Source of the DNA: Candidatus Dormiibacterota bacterium
GTDB taxonomy: Bacteria > Chloroflexota > Dormibacteria > Aeolococcales > Aeolococcaceae
Length of the DNA stretch: 64,000 nucleotides
Assembly (NCBI GenBank): GCA_963791435.1
Contig: CAWBSL010000002.1
Coordinates: 559,746 to 623,745, forward strand
Direction: 5' to 3'
Shown here in pieces: positions 48,977-59,086 of the stretch. A program made the translations under genes and the position numbers. Positions within the stretch are counted from its first letter, which is position 1; each line of letters opens with the position of its first letter. The notes under the pieces were generated by a model that saw only the letters and a list, made by a program, of their open reading frames with translations, did not search any database and had not been told where the DNA came from.

Positions 48977-49702
48977 TCAGACCAGTTCGTCGAGGTACTT
49001 CGGCAGCATCTGCCGCCAGGTTGACCAGTCGTGGTCGTACTCCGTGCCCCACGGATCGACGCGGTTCGGAATTCCCTTGCTCCCGAGCACGTGGGCGAGC
49101 CGCCACGACTCACCGATGTTCTCCCAGCGTCCTTCGCCTGACGCGAGAATCGCCTTGCGAGTCTGCAACTTCGCGAGATGCTCACCGTTCAGACCCGGAA
49201 GGAAATACGACGGCGTCGCGAAGTACAGATCGTCACCGGCGTCCTCGCCGACGAAACGCGAGATGTCATACGTACCGCTCATCCCGATCGCCGTCGTCAC
49301 GACGTCCGGGTAGTGGCAGAGCAACGAAACGGCGTTGAAGGCGCCGATGGATGCGCCCGCTGTGATCACGGTGATATCCGGGCTCTCGCAGTCCATCTGG
49401 ATCATCGGGATCATCTCGTGGCGGACGAACTCGATGAAGCCGCGCGTGACGGCGGCGCGGTATCGCGGATTGCCCTCCTCGCGAAGCATCGCCTTGCCGG
49501 ACACGCTGTCGCAGGAGTAGATCTTCGCCCGCCCCGCCTCGAGATACTCCCCCACCGAGTCGACGAGCCACATGCGCTCGATCTCCTCGGCGTCGCCGCC
49601 GGCGGTGGGAAACACGATGACCGGGTGGCCGAAATGGCCCCACCGCGCCACGGTCACATCGCTCTCGACGCGGGTCGAATACCAGCGCTCTCGCCTCTTC
49701 AT
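48977..49702 (-). CDS. Esterase family alpha/beta-hydrolase (putative esterase, PF00756-like)
   Basis: GHFGHPVIVFPTAGGD...ITAGASIGAFNAV... The ATG at 49702 is chosen over the low-complexity upstream extension. Confidence 0.7.
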   Translation of the reverse strand: MKRRERWYSTRVESDVTVARWGHFGHPVIVFPTAGGDAEEIERMWLVDSVGEYLEAGRAKIYSCDSVSGKAMLREEGNPRYRAAVTRGFIEFVRHEMIPMIQMDCESPDITVITAGASIGAFNAVSLLCHYPDVVTTAIGMSGTYDISRFVGEDAGDDLYFATPSYFLPGLNGEHLAKLQTRKAILASGEGRWENIGESWRLAHVLGSKGIPNRVDPWGTEYDHDWSTWRQMLPKYLDELV

Positions 49703-49739
49703 GGCCGCACAGTCTCGCGCATCGGTATGGGCCGGCGCA

Positions 49740-50900
49740 TCAGCCCGGATAGATGAGGCGTGCCTCGCCGGGGAACAGCCAGCCGAGCCCATCGAGGAGC
49801 CGGTCGCGCCAGTTGATCCAGTTGTGGCCGTCGAGGGCTTCAACAACACGCATCTCGTCGGTCATCCGCCCGAGCACCTCGGTCATCGCCCGGTCCGGCA
49901 CCGCGAGCGGCTCGAATGCTCCGTAGGTCAGGAAGAGCCGGTCGGTGACCTTCTTCGGGTTGGCGCGCACCGCGTTGACGAAGCGGACGACGGGCTCGAA
50001 GACATCACCGAACGTCGCCGGTGCGCTCGCCTCGGTGAAACGCAGCGACGGCGATTCAAGGAGCAGCCCTCCATAGAAGCCCGGCGCGCGCACCGCTGCC
50101 GAAAGCGCAGCAACGCCACCGAAGCTCGCCCCCATCAGTACGCGGCTGCGCGGATCACCGCGAAGCTGGAGCCGCCCCTCGATCTGCGGCACGAGCTCCG
50201 TGGTGAGGAACCGGCTGTGCGCCGCGCTCGCCGCATACTCTCGCAGCCGGTCGCCCGGATACGTGAAAGCGACGACGCAGTCGGCCATCAGGCGGCGGTG
50301 CATCAGGTTGTCGAGCACCGTCCCCATCGATGAATAGTTGAGAAAGTCGCCGCCGTCGTGCACGACCAGCAATGGCATCCGGCGGTCGCGTCGCATCCGG
50401 GACGGGATGTACAGGGTCACGTGTGCATCGCGACGCAGAGCCCGGCTCGGAAGTTGCAGGTCGACGTACTCACCGGCAACGGCCGACGGGTCGGGATACG
50501 TCCAGTCGGGTGTGACGTAGCCTTCGGTCTCGAGCACGGACTGCGAACCGATGGCATCGCCGACGACACGCGGATTGAGCGGGTCGTTCATGCTCTCGTC
50601 GTGCCCTCGACGCCGGACGAGGATCCTGTACTGGATGCGAGCCGCACGAGGGAGCTCGACGCTCACGTGCCAGAGGTCTGTGCCCTTCAACCGGCGGAGC
50701 GGCAGCGGAATCGGGATACCCATCGTTCGATGCTCGATACCCACCCAGTCCGCCTGGCCGCGCCAGAGAAACGTGCAGGTCGATCCTTCGACCAGCGGAA
50801 TCCGGTTCTCCCGCAGCAGGCTGTCAATCGCCTCGGGGGTGTTGCCCTCGCTGCGCAGGCGGGCGAGTGCCCGCTGGTTGCGGGCGGAGCCGGTGGTCAC
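49740..50900 (-). CDS. Enterochelin-esterase-like (Fes-type) esterase with an N-terminal Ig-like domain
   Basis: N-terminal beta-sandwich (TFLWRGQADWVGIEH...WHVSVELP). C-terminal esterase domain (LLVVHDGGDFL...MGASFGGVAAL). Confidence 0.72.
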   Translation of the reverse strand: MTTGSARNQRALARLRSEGNTPEAIDSLLRENRIPLVEGSTCTFLWRGQADWVGIEHRTMGIPIPLPLRRLKGTDLWHVSVELPRAARIQYRILVRRRGHDESMNDPLNPRVVGDAIGSQSVLETEGYVTPDWTYPDPSAVAGEYVDLQLPSRALRRDAHVTLYIPSRMRRDRRMPLLVVHDGGDFLNYSSMGTVLDNLMHRRLMADCVVAFTYPGDRLREYAASAAHSRFLTTELVPQIEGRLQLRGDPRSRVLMGASFGGVAALSAAVRAPGFYGGLLLESPSLRFTEASAPATFGDVFEPVVRFVNAVRANPKKVTDRLFLTYGAFEPLAVPDRAMTEVLGRMTDEMRVVEALDGHNWINWRDRLLDGLGWLFPGEARLIYPG

Positions 50901-50902
50901 GG

Positions 50903-51832
50903 TCAGGCTGCGTGAGCGCCCCGAAGGACGTGACCATCGCCGTCGAGGACTCCAACGCTGCCGAGGTCCGCGGGCAAGCCGGCGCGCAACTCGAGGCGAT
51001 CACCGGAGTCGAGGATGACGCAGACACTCGGCGCGCAACGCCGGGCGAGGACGGCAAGACGCTCCAGGTCGTGCGCATGGAGGCGTGACCCCGACGATGG
51101 CAGCGCCACCATGCCGTGGGCGACGCCGAGGCCAATGTCGTAGACCTCGTCGGGACGGCCTGCCGGGTCGTCGTCGTCGACGACGACAATCCGCTCCGTG
51201 ACGGCCATGCAGCCTGACGACCACGCGAGCAGTGGTCGATCCTCGATCAGGACCGCGAGGTTGCAGAGGTGCAGGCAGTCGTTGAGGACTCCGACGTGCC
51301 CGCCGGCGATCGCGATGGCGCCGCAGTCGGCCACGATCGCGGCAACTTCGTCACGGTGCCGCGCGATGCTCGGACGCTCATGCGGCGGGTACTGCTCGTA
51401 GAAGCGCTCATATGCCGCGGCGATTGCGGCTGCCTGTGACGCGTCGAGCGTCCGCACCGCCTCGAGCGCGACATCGACCTCGGGCCCTGGGGGACGATCC
51501 GACTCCGCAAACCGGCGGCGGATGACCTCGACACCGTCGAGCGCGTGAGCCAGGCGCCGAAGATACAGCGCACGCAATTCGGCGAGCTGTGTGTGCAGCA
51601 GCCGCTGGGCATCCGCGTACGCGACATCGCTCTCGAGCACGTCGAGACGGCGACCGTAGAGGTTGAGATTGCGCGTGCCGCCGCCGAGCCGGCGATCGAC
51701 GCCCGCATCGTTGCGCTCGCCCTCCTCCCATCCGGCGGTGACGAGCGCAACCGGGCCGTCGACCTTGAACGCCGCCACCTCCGCGGCGAGGTCAGACCCG
51801 TCGAGTGTCCCGAGCAGGGTCACCTGCCTCAC
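50903..51832 (-). CDS. Peptidase S51-like (cyanophycinase / dipeptidase E family) protein
   Basis: VALVTAGWEEGE...AIAIAGGHVGVLNDCL...AWSSGCMAV (Ser nucleophile context). The GTG start overlaps the stop of ATP-grasp A (GTGA). Confidence 0.6.
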   Translation of the reverse strand: MRQVTLLGTLDGSDLAAEVAAFKVDGPVALVTAGWEEGERNDAGVDRRLGGGTRNLNLYGRRLDVLESDVAYADAQRLLHTQLAELRALYLRRLAHALDGVEVIRRRFAESDRPPGPEVDVALEAVRTLDASQAAAIAAAYERFYEQYPPHERPSIARHRDEVAAIVADCGAIAIAGGHVGVLNDCLHLCNLAVLIEDRPLLAWSSGCMAVTERIVVVDDDDPAGRPDEVYDIGLGVAHGMVALPSSGSRLHAHDLERLAVLARRCAPSVCVILDSGDRLELRAGLPADLGSVGVLDGDGHVLRGAHAA

Positions 51833-53052
51833 GAGGCGCGCACGCGGACCGTCTCCCCGACGACGTTGAGCATGTGGTGGAGGGTGTCGTAGTCCGGATG
51901 TGCCATGCGGACCCAGGCGTTCGCCATGTACCCGGCCTCGACGGGCTGGGTTGCGGTGCCGGAGCCGGGAAGGTGCGTGTCGAGGATCCATTCGCTGAAC
52001 TGACGTTGCACGTCCTCGAGGCCCTCGTAGTGCGTGATGGTGCCGTCCCGATCCGGACGCAGCGCGACGATTCCTGCGGCGCGTCGCCGCGAGAGTGGAT
52101 GCTCGACCTGGTGGTGGACGATCGCGTTGGCCCATTCACGGTAGATGTCGACGTCGTTGCCCGCGGCATAGAGATCCCAGGCGCGCACGCCGGGTGGCCG
52201 GCATCCGATCTCGCTGAAACGCAGGCCCTTGGGTCCGAAGAACCACTCCATATGGGTCGCTGACGTCCCGATCCCGAGCGCTTCGATCGCGCGAAGGCCC
52301 AGCTCGCGCACCTCGCCGTAGTCGCCCGCCGAGTCGATGCGATTGGTCGAGATGAACTGCGGGCTGATCCAGCGCTCGCGCATCGCCTCGAGCACGTTCG
52401 GGTAGTAGTGCGAGATGAAGTCGTAGGCCGGGTGGCCGTCGATGCTGATGGTGTCGTAGAAGCCCTCGTGGCCTTCGACGAACTCCTCCACCGCGATGTC
52501 CTCGGCACCCGAGGCTCCCAACTCCGCCAGCGCGCGGTCGAGCTCTGCGTCCGAGTCGACACGGCTCGTGCCTGATGCTCCGGCGGCTGCGCGCGGCTTG
52601 AGGATGATCGGATAGCCAACTCGCGCCACGAACTCACGCACCTCGGCGGAGCTCGAAGCGCCGGTGGATTGCGCGGTTCGGATTCCGACCGCTCGCAAGG
52701 CCTCCTTCATCGCCGGCTTGTCGCGGCAGAGGAAGGCGGTGTGCACCGACGTCCCCGGAATGCCGCACGCCTCACGCGCATGCGCGGCAGCCATCGTGTG
52801 CGATTCGATCGTGGACTCGAGCGCATCGATCCACACTTTGCTCTGCGCAAAGCGAACCGCCTCGATGAGCGCGCCCACATCGGTGACGTTCGGGATCTGC
52901 TCGTAGTGGAGCATCCACCCTCGCAGGTCGGCGTCGAGCCAGTCGGCCGGACGCTCACCGATGCCGATCACGTTCGCGCCGGCCTCCGCGAGGCCGCGAA
53001 CAAACTCGCGCTGGTTTGCAGGGAAAGCAGGTTCCACAAAGATGACGTTCAC
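51829..53052 (-). CDS. ATP-grasp domain carboxylate-amine ligase, paralog A
   Basis: 407 aa. LCRDKPAMKEAL...GYPIILKPRAAAGASGTSRV...EEFVEG...HMEWFFGP. Paralogous to B and C. Confidence 0.75.
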   Translation of the reverse strand: MNVIFVEPAFPANQREFVRGLAEAGANVIGIGERPADWLDADLRGWMLHYEQIPNVTDVGALIEAVRFAQSKVWIDALESTIESHTMAAAHAREACGIPGTSVHTAFLCRDKPAMKEALRAVGIRTAQSTGASSSAEVREFVARVGYPIILKPRAAAGASGTSRVDSDAELDRALAELGASGAEDIAVEEFVEGHEGFYDTISIDGHPAYDFISHYYPNVLEAMRERWISPQFISTNRIDSAGDYGEVRELGLRAIEALGIGTSATHMEWFFGPKGLRFSEIGCRPPGVRAWDLYAAGNDVDIYREWANAIVHHQVEHPLSRRRAAGIVALRPDRDGTITHYEGLEDVQRQFSEWILDTHLPGSGTATQPVEAGYMANAWVRMAHPDYDTLHHMLNVVGETVRVRAS

Positions 53053-53118
53053 GCCCAGATCCTACCCGCTGGGTCCCGACCCGCCCCGCGCCGCCTGTCT
53101 AAACTCCCGAGAGATCCC

Positions 53119-54349
53119 ATGGCAAACGCGGTCTTCGTCGCTCCCTTCCTGCTCCCGGCCACGGTGCGGTTCATCGCTGCCGCCGCCTCGCTGCCGGACG
53201 TCCGGCTCGGCCTGATCAGTCAGGATCCGGAGACCCGTCTGCCCGACCACCTCCGCGCCGCCCTGGCAGGCCACTACCGGGTCGCCGACGGGACCGACCC
53301 GCAGCAGATCGCCGACGCCACGCGCTTCATGGCGCGCCATCTCGGCGGCATCGACGCGCTGGTGGGGATGCTCGAGCAGTTGCAGGTCCCGCTCGGCGAG
53401 GTGCGCGACGCGCTCGGCATCGCGGGCATGGGCGCCGACGTGGCGCACAACTTCCGCGACAAGGAGCGCATGAAGACCGTTTTCGAGGCGAACGGCGTGC
53501 CCTGCGCCGGACACCGTCTCGCCTCCTCCGCCGATGCGGCGCGAGCCGCCGCGGTCGAGCTCGGCTTCCCAATCGTCGCCAAGCCGCCCGCCGGAGCGGG
53601 CGCGCGCTCGACGTTTCGGATCGAGAGCGACAGCCAGCTCGAGGCGTGGCTTCGGGCCGATCCCCCTGACGGCTCGAACCCGGTGCTCCTCGAACAGCTT
53701 GTGGTGGGCGCCGAGCACAGCTTCGACAGCGTGCTGGTCGAGGGCGAGCTCGTCTGGCATTCGATCTCTCGCTACCTCCCCACTCCGCTCGAGGTGCTCG
53801 AGAATCCGTGGATCCAGTGGGCGGTGCTCCTGCCGCGCGACATCTCGGGCGCTGAGTTCGACCCCATCCGCGCGGACGGGCTCCGGGGTTTGCGTGCGCT
53901 CGGCCTGCGCACCGGGCTCACCCACATGGAGTGGTTCCGGCGTCCCGACGGGCGGATCGCCATCAGTGAGGTGGCCGCGCGCCCGCCCGGTGCCCAGTTC
54001 ACGTCATTGCTGTCCTATTCTCACGACGTCGACATGTATGCGCGCGTGGGCGCGCCTCGAGATCTTCGGCGAGTTCACGCCGCCGGAGCGCCGATACGCC
54101 GTCGGGGCGGCGTACCTCCGCGCCCAGGGAAGCGGGTCCGTGGCGGGCATCCACGGGCTCGACACCCTGCAGCGCGAGCTCGGCGATCTCGTCGTGGAGG
54201 CGGACCTGCCCGCCGAGGGGCAGCCGGCGTCCGGCACCTACGAGGGTGAGGGCTACGTGATCCTCCGGCACCCCGACACCGCGGCGGTCGAGGCCGGGCT
54301 GCGACGCGTCGTCGAGGTCGCGCGCGTCGAGTTGCGGGAGATGTCATGA
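53119..54349 (+). CDS. ATP-grasp domain ligase, paralog B, frame broken near 54046
   Basis: FRDKERMK...GFPIVAKPPAGAGARSTFRI...HMEWFRRPDGR in frame 1 up to ...HDVDMYAR. The C-terminus (WARLEIFGEF..ERRYAVGAAY..HPDTAAVEAGL) continues in frame +1. One extra g restores it. Confidence 0.75.
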
Positions 54350-55569
54350 GCGGCACGGTGCTGATGATCTCGCCGGGCTATCCGGCGGAGATGCCGTTCT
54401 TCACGCGCGGTCTGGCCCGCGCAGGAGCGCAGGTCATCGGTGCCGGCGATCAGCCGCTCTCCGGGCTGCCGGATTTGGCCCGAGAAAACCTCGCCGCGTA
54501 CTGGCAGATACCCTCGTTTGCGCACGAGGATGCGATCGTGCACGAGGTGGTGCAGCGCGCCGCCGGCATCCACGTCGATCATGTCGCGTCGCTGTGGGAG
54601 CCGACCATGGTGCTGGCGGCGCGAATCCGCGAAGCACTCGGCATTCCGGGCATGACCGTCGAACAGACCATCCCTTTTCGCGACAAGGAGCGGATGAAGC
54701 AGGTGCTCGACGCCGCGGGCATCCGCACGCCGCACCACTACCGCTGCGCCACCGCGACAGAGGTGCGCGCGGCGGCCGAGCGCATCGGCTACCCGATCAT
54801 CGTCAAGCCGATCGCCGGCGCAGGATCAGCCGATACGTACCGCGTCGACAACGCAGCGGCACTCGACGCCGTGCTTCCGAAACTCGTGTGGGTGGACGAG
54901 GTGAGCGTCGAGGAGTTCGTCGAAGCCACCGAGTACACGTACGACACCATCTGCGCCGGCGGTGAGGTGCTCTTCGACAACATCGCCTGGTACCGGCCGC
55001 GACCCTTGATCGCCCGACAGCTGGAGTGGATCAGCCCGGTGACCATGGTCATGCGCGACATCGACGCACCCGAGCTCTCGAGCGGTCGCGCCATGGGCCG
55101 CGACGTGTTGCGGGCCCTCGGATTCCGCGATGGGTTCACCCACATGGAGTGGTACCGGCGCGACAACGGTGAGGTGGTGTTCGGCGAGATCGGCGCGCGC
55201 CCCGCGGGCGCTCGCACCGTCGATGTCATGAATTTCGCGAATGACATCGACCTGTTCCAGCAGTGGGCCGAGGCACTCCTCCACGGACGCCTCTCGGAGC
55301 GGATCGAGCGGCGCTACAACGCGGCGTCGATCTTCAAGCGCGCGCAAGGGCAAGGGCGCATCACGCATATCGAAGGACTGTCGCGCCTGCTCTCCGATTA
55401 CGGCGAGTGGGTGTGCACGATCGACCTCCTGCCGATCGGCGCTCCGCGCAGGGACTGGTTGATGACCCTCATCTCCGACGGGATGGTCATCGTGCGCCAC
55501 CCGGATCTGGATGCATGCCTCGAGATCGCGGATCGTTTCGCGACGGAACTGCAGCTCTACGCGTATTGA
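54346..55569 (+). CDS. ATP-grasp domain ligase, paralog C
   Basis: 407 aa. FRDKERMK..., GYPIIVKPIAGAGSADTYRV, HMEWYRRDNGEV. The ATG overlaps the stop of B. Confidence 0.75.
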   Translation: MSGTVLMISPGYPAEMPFFTRGLARAGAQVIGAGDQPLSGLPDLARENLAAYWQIPSFAHEDAIVHEVVQRAAGIHVDHVASLWEPTMVLAARIREALGIPGMTVEQTIPFRDKERMKQVLDAAGIRTPHHYRCATATEVRAAAERIGYPIIVKPIAGAGSADTYRVDNAAALDAVLPKLVWVDEVSVEEFVEATEYTYDTICAGGEVLFDNIAWYRPRPLIARQLEWISPVTMVMRDIDAPELSSGRAMGRDVLRALGFRDGFTHMEWYRRDNGEVVFGEIGARPAGARTVDVMNFANDIDLFQQWAEALLHGRLSERIERRYNAASIFKRAQGQGRITHIEGLSRLLSDYGEWVCTIDLLPIGAPRRDWLMTLISDGMVIVRHPDLDACLEIADRFATELQLYAY

Positions 55570-55620
55570 GACGCGGGTCAACTCCGGCGGCGATATCGTC
55601 AAGCCGCATCTCGCGACCCC

Positions 55621-56814
55621 TCAGTCCGCGGCGCCGACCACCTGCTTGCCCACCGCTTCGAGCACCGCCGAGCGTGACGCGGGCATGTCGGCATGCAGTT
55701 CCGCGATCAGGCTGTCGACGACATCGACGAGCGAGCCGCCGGCCTCGACGACCTCGCGCTGGCGGATGTAGCTCGAGCCGCGCTCCATGATGTCCAGAGC
55801 GCCGCGCAACTCGTTCGTGCAAGCCAGCCGCGTTGCAATCGGCGTGAGATCCTCGACCAGCTCGCGGATCGCCTTACGCAGCGGCACGGTGGTGCCGCCC
55901 TCATCGACGATGATCGAGGCGTCGAGCCCGTGCCGGGCGGCCCGCCATTTGTTCTCGCGAACAAGCCACGCGCGCGGGGTGGGCAGCGTGTAGCCGCGGT
56001 CGATCATGACGTCAAACTGGTGCACGAGGCACTGGCTCAGGGCTGCAACGACACCGACCTCGCGCAGCGTGGGGATGCCGTCGCAGACGCGAATCTCGAC
56101 GGTGCCAAAACCCGGGTGCGGACGGATGTCCCACCACACCTCGCGGATCGTCTTGATGGTGTGCGATGAGATGAGCGTGTCCATCAGCTGCTCGAACTGC
56201 GGCCAGCCGCTGAGAATCCAGGGCGGACCCGCGGTTGGCAGGCCTTCGAAGACCTTCGAACGCCACGACGCCATCCCGGTGTCGTGGCGCATCCAGTACG
56301 GGCTCGACGCCGACAGCGCCAGGAAATGCGGAATGTAGGCGGAGAGCGCGTTGACCATCGCGATCGCCTTCTCACCGCTGCGGACCCCGACATGCACGTG
56401 GATGCCGAAGATCTGCATCTGCTTTGCCGGCCACTGCATGTCGTTGACCAGCCGTTGATAGCGCGGGTCAGGGCTGATCTCCTGGAGCGCGGGGTCGCTG
56501 AAGGGGTGCGTGCCCGAGCAGATCAGCTCCAGGTTGCGCGGCTCGGTGTGCTCGCGCAGCTCGGCCATCGTTGCCGCGAGATCCGCCTGCACCTCGGCGG
56601 CGGTCTCACAGATGCCGGTGATGATCTCGACCGTCGATTGGAGCAGCTCCTTCTTGGCCTTGGGGTGACCCGGCTCGCCATGGGGGGCGTTCAGCTCACC
56701 GAGGATCTCGTGGGCGCCACTCACCAGCTCGCGGGTGTCGCGGTTGATGAGCTCCAGCTCCATCTCGACGCCGACCGTCGGCCTCGGGCTGGACACGAAC
56801 TCAATGTGGGTCAT
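55621..56814 (-). CDS. Glutamate-cysteine ligase family 2 (GCS2/YbdK-type carboxylate-amine ligase)
   Basis: VGVEMELELIN...IFGIHVHVGVRSGEKAI...SSPYWMRHDTGMASWRSKVF, a GCS2 signature. Confidence 0.85.
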   Translation of the reverse strand: MTHIEFVSSPRPTVGVEMELELINRDTRELVSGAHEILGELNAPHGEPGHPKAKKELLQSTVEIITGICETAAEVQADLAATMAELREHTEPRNLELICSGTHPFSDPALQEISPDPRYQRLVNDMQWPAKQMQIFGIHVHVGVRSGEKAIAMVNALSAYIPHFLALSASSPYWMRHDTGMASWRSKVFEGLPTAGPPWILSGWPQFEQLMDTLISSHTIKTIREVWWDIRPHPGFGTVEIRVCDGIPTLREVGVVAALSQCLVHQFDVMIDRGYTLPTPRAWLVRENKWRAARHGLDASIIVDEGGTTVPLRKAIRELVEDLTPIATRLACTNELRGALDIMERGSSYIRQREVVEAGGSLVDVVDSLIAELHADMPASRSAVLEAVGKQVVGAAD

Positions 56815-56826
56815 GGGTGGTTCACT

Positions 56827-58098
56827 CTACGCCGCCGTCGCGCGTTGATCATGAGCCCAGGCCGCCAGCAGCCCTCGGAAATGGGCGATGAACTGTTCGT
56901 GCTCGTGCGCGGGGAAGGTATTCCGGACGGTGTCGACGATGATCCGGTCGAACTCCGGGCTCTCCACCCACGCCACCGACAGCTCGTCGACGTGCGCGAG
57001 GTGCCGCTCGCAGAATTCGCGATAGCGGTCGACGTCGAGTTGCTTGTCGGCGAGCTTGCGGTACCCGGCAAGCTTCTCGTCGTAGCTGAGGTCGGCGCGA
57101 TCGGCGATAGCGTAGTACTGCTCCGTGTCGAGGTCCACGGTCTGCAGCCGGCCCGTGACGCAGCAGAACACCACCCACTTCAAGAGGCTGCGAATCGCCC
57201 ACGGGAAGTAGTAGTGGAGGCTCGTCAACGCGAGGTCCGGCGTGGCGTTCGCGTAGTCGATGGGATAGACGTCGTCACCGCGAACCAGCGTCTCGCAGCT
57301 GTTGAGCTCCCATCGGAAGAAGGCGTTGACGGTGCGCAGGATGGTGAGCACCTCGTCGCCCACCTCCGGCGTGAGGAAGCTGTGGTCGACCGAATACCGG
57401 TCATGCATCGGCTTTTCCGGATGGAAATGGAGGACAACCGACTCCGCGCCGATGCCGAGGCTGCGCGCGAAGACGTCAAAGCCGTCCACTGACGCCTGCA
57501 GGTGCATCAGCCGCTGCTCGGACTCGTCGTAGGCGCGGTACAGGGTCTCCGCGTTCTCGATGCGGGAAACCCCAACCCACGCCCCGCCGTCGAACGGCTT
57601 CATGTACAAGGGCATTCCCACCGCGCGCGCCACCGCCTCGAGGTCGAAGTACCGCAGATACCGCTCAGCGGTTCCCTGGAAACGCGGGTTGTCCGGAGGG
57701 GTCTTGTTGGGCAGCATCCAGGTTTCGGGCACCTTGAGCCCGAGCCGGATCATCGCGCAATACGCCGCGTGCTTCTCCATCGCCTGGAACGTGAACGGGT
57801 TGTTGAGCAGGTGGACTCGATCCATGAGCACCACCTTCTTCAACCACTCTCGGGGCATCGGATACCACCAGCCGAGCCGGTCGATGACCAGTGCGTGCCG
57901 CGGCTTCATGCGGAGATCGAAAGGCTCGATGGTCATCCGCTCGGTGGTGAAGTGATGCGTCTCGCCGCCCTCGCGGATGGCGAGGTCGGCCCTGCCCAGC
58001 AACGCCTCGAACGCGGCCGGCCAGTCCTCCTCGACCCCGAGCAGCATGCCGATGAGATGGGTGCTGGGCATCGTGCATGGGAGTATGCGATCCCCCAC
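56827..58098 (-). CDS. ATP-grasp-like ligase (GshB/RimK-like), paralog D
   Basis: ...VPETWMLPNK...LYMKPFDGGAWVGVSRIENAETLYRAY..., about 420 aa. Not paralogous to A-C. Confidence 0.55.
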   Translation of the reverse strand: MGDRILPCTMPSTHLIGMLLGVEEDWPAAFEALLGRADLAIREGGETHHFTTERMTIEPFDLRMKPRHALVIDRLGWWYPMPREWLKKVVLMDRVHLLNNPFTFQAMEKHAAYCAMIRLGLKVPETWMLPNKTPPDNPRFQGTAERYLRYFDLEAVARAVGMPLYMKPFDGGAWVGVSRIENAETLYRAYDESEQRLMHLQASVDGFDVFARSLGIGAESVVLHFHPEKPMHDRYSVDHSFLTPEVGDEVLTILRTVNAFFRWELNSCETLVRGDDVYPIDYANATPDLALTSLHYYFPWAIRSLLKWVVFCCVTGRLQTVDLDTEQYYAIADRADLSYDEKLAGYRKLADKQLDVDRYREFCERHLAHVDELSVAWVESPEFDRIIVDTVRNTFPAHEHEQFIAHFRGLLAAWAHDQRATAA

Positions 58099-58122
58099 GC
58101 GCGGAGTGCAGACCCGCCCTGC

Positions 58123-59019
58123 TCAGCGTCGCGAGGCGCCCCGTCCCTTCGCGCGGGGCGGTGCCGCCGGCTGTTCCCCGCCACGGTTCTCGAGTGTGGC
58201 CTCGAGCTGCAGCGTGCGGTGGAATGCCGCCCATACCGAGTCGCTGATGACCGTCCGGAGCCCGCCGCGCTCGAGCTCGTAGAGCGCCTCGGCCGATGTT
58301 CCGCCCGGCGAGGTGACCATGTCGCGCAGCTGGGCCACGTGCTTGCCGCTCTGGAGCGCGAATTCGGCGCTCCCCTGCATGGTGTCGAGCACGAGCTCGC
58401 GCGCAACGTGGCGCGGAAATCCGAGATGGACGGCGGCGTCGGTCAGCGCCTCGATGAACAGGAAGATGTACGTGGGTCCGGTGCCGCTGACGGCGGTGGC
58501 CATGGCGACCTGGCGCTCGTCGTGCACCTCGAACTCGCGCCCGAGTGCTGCCAGCATGGCGCGGGTCCGTGCCTTGCCCACCTCGTCCACGGTCTCGGTC
58601 GCAAACCAGACGGTGACGCCGCGTCCGATCTGTGCCGGCGTGTTCGGCATGCAGCGCACCACAGCGGCGTGGTCGAGACCCTCGCCGAGGGCCGTTGTCG
58701 TCGCCCCCGCGATGATGCTGATGACGAGTTGATCCGGGCGCAGCGACCCCTTCAGCTCCGCCATGACGCCGCGAAGCATCTGCGGCTTGACCCCGAGCAA
58801 CACCGCGTCGGTGTCGGTGACCGCCTCGATGTTGCGCTCGGCCACGTTGACGTGGTGGGTTGCGACGAGGGCCTCGCGGCGCTCCGCCCGCGGATGCGTG
58901 CAGACGACGTTGCGCGCTTCGATGAGGTCGCGCTCGAGCAGACCGGCGAGCATCGCCTCGGCCATCACGCCAGTGCCGACGATCCCGAGCCGCATGCCCC
59001 GGAGGCTTTCCGCACTCAT
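58123..59019 (-). CDS. proC: Pyrroline-5-carboxylate reductase
   Basis: MRLGIVGTGVMAEAM..., SIIAGATTTALG, a C-terminal dimerization region. Start approximate. Confidence 0.88.
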   Translation of the reverse strand: MSAESLRGMRLGIVGTGVMAEAMLAGLLERDLIEARNVVCTHPRAERREALVATHHVNVAERNIEAVTDTDAVLLGVKPQMLRGVMAELKGSLRPDQLVISIIAGATTTALGEGLDHAAVVRCMPNTPAQIGRGVTVWFATETVDEVGKARTRAMLAALGREFEVHDERQVAMATAVSGTGPTYIFLFIEALTDAAVHLGFPRHVARELVLDTMQGSAEFALQSGKHVAQLRDMVTSPGGTSAEALYELERGGLRTVISDSVWAAFHRTLQLEATLENRGGEQPAAPPRAKGRGASRR

Positions 59020-59086
59020 GTGACGGCACACCTTACCGCCAACGATTCTCCGGCGGGTTCCGCATGCCGTGCCATGATCGAGACAG

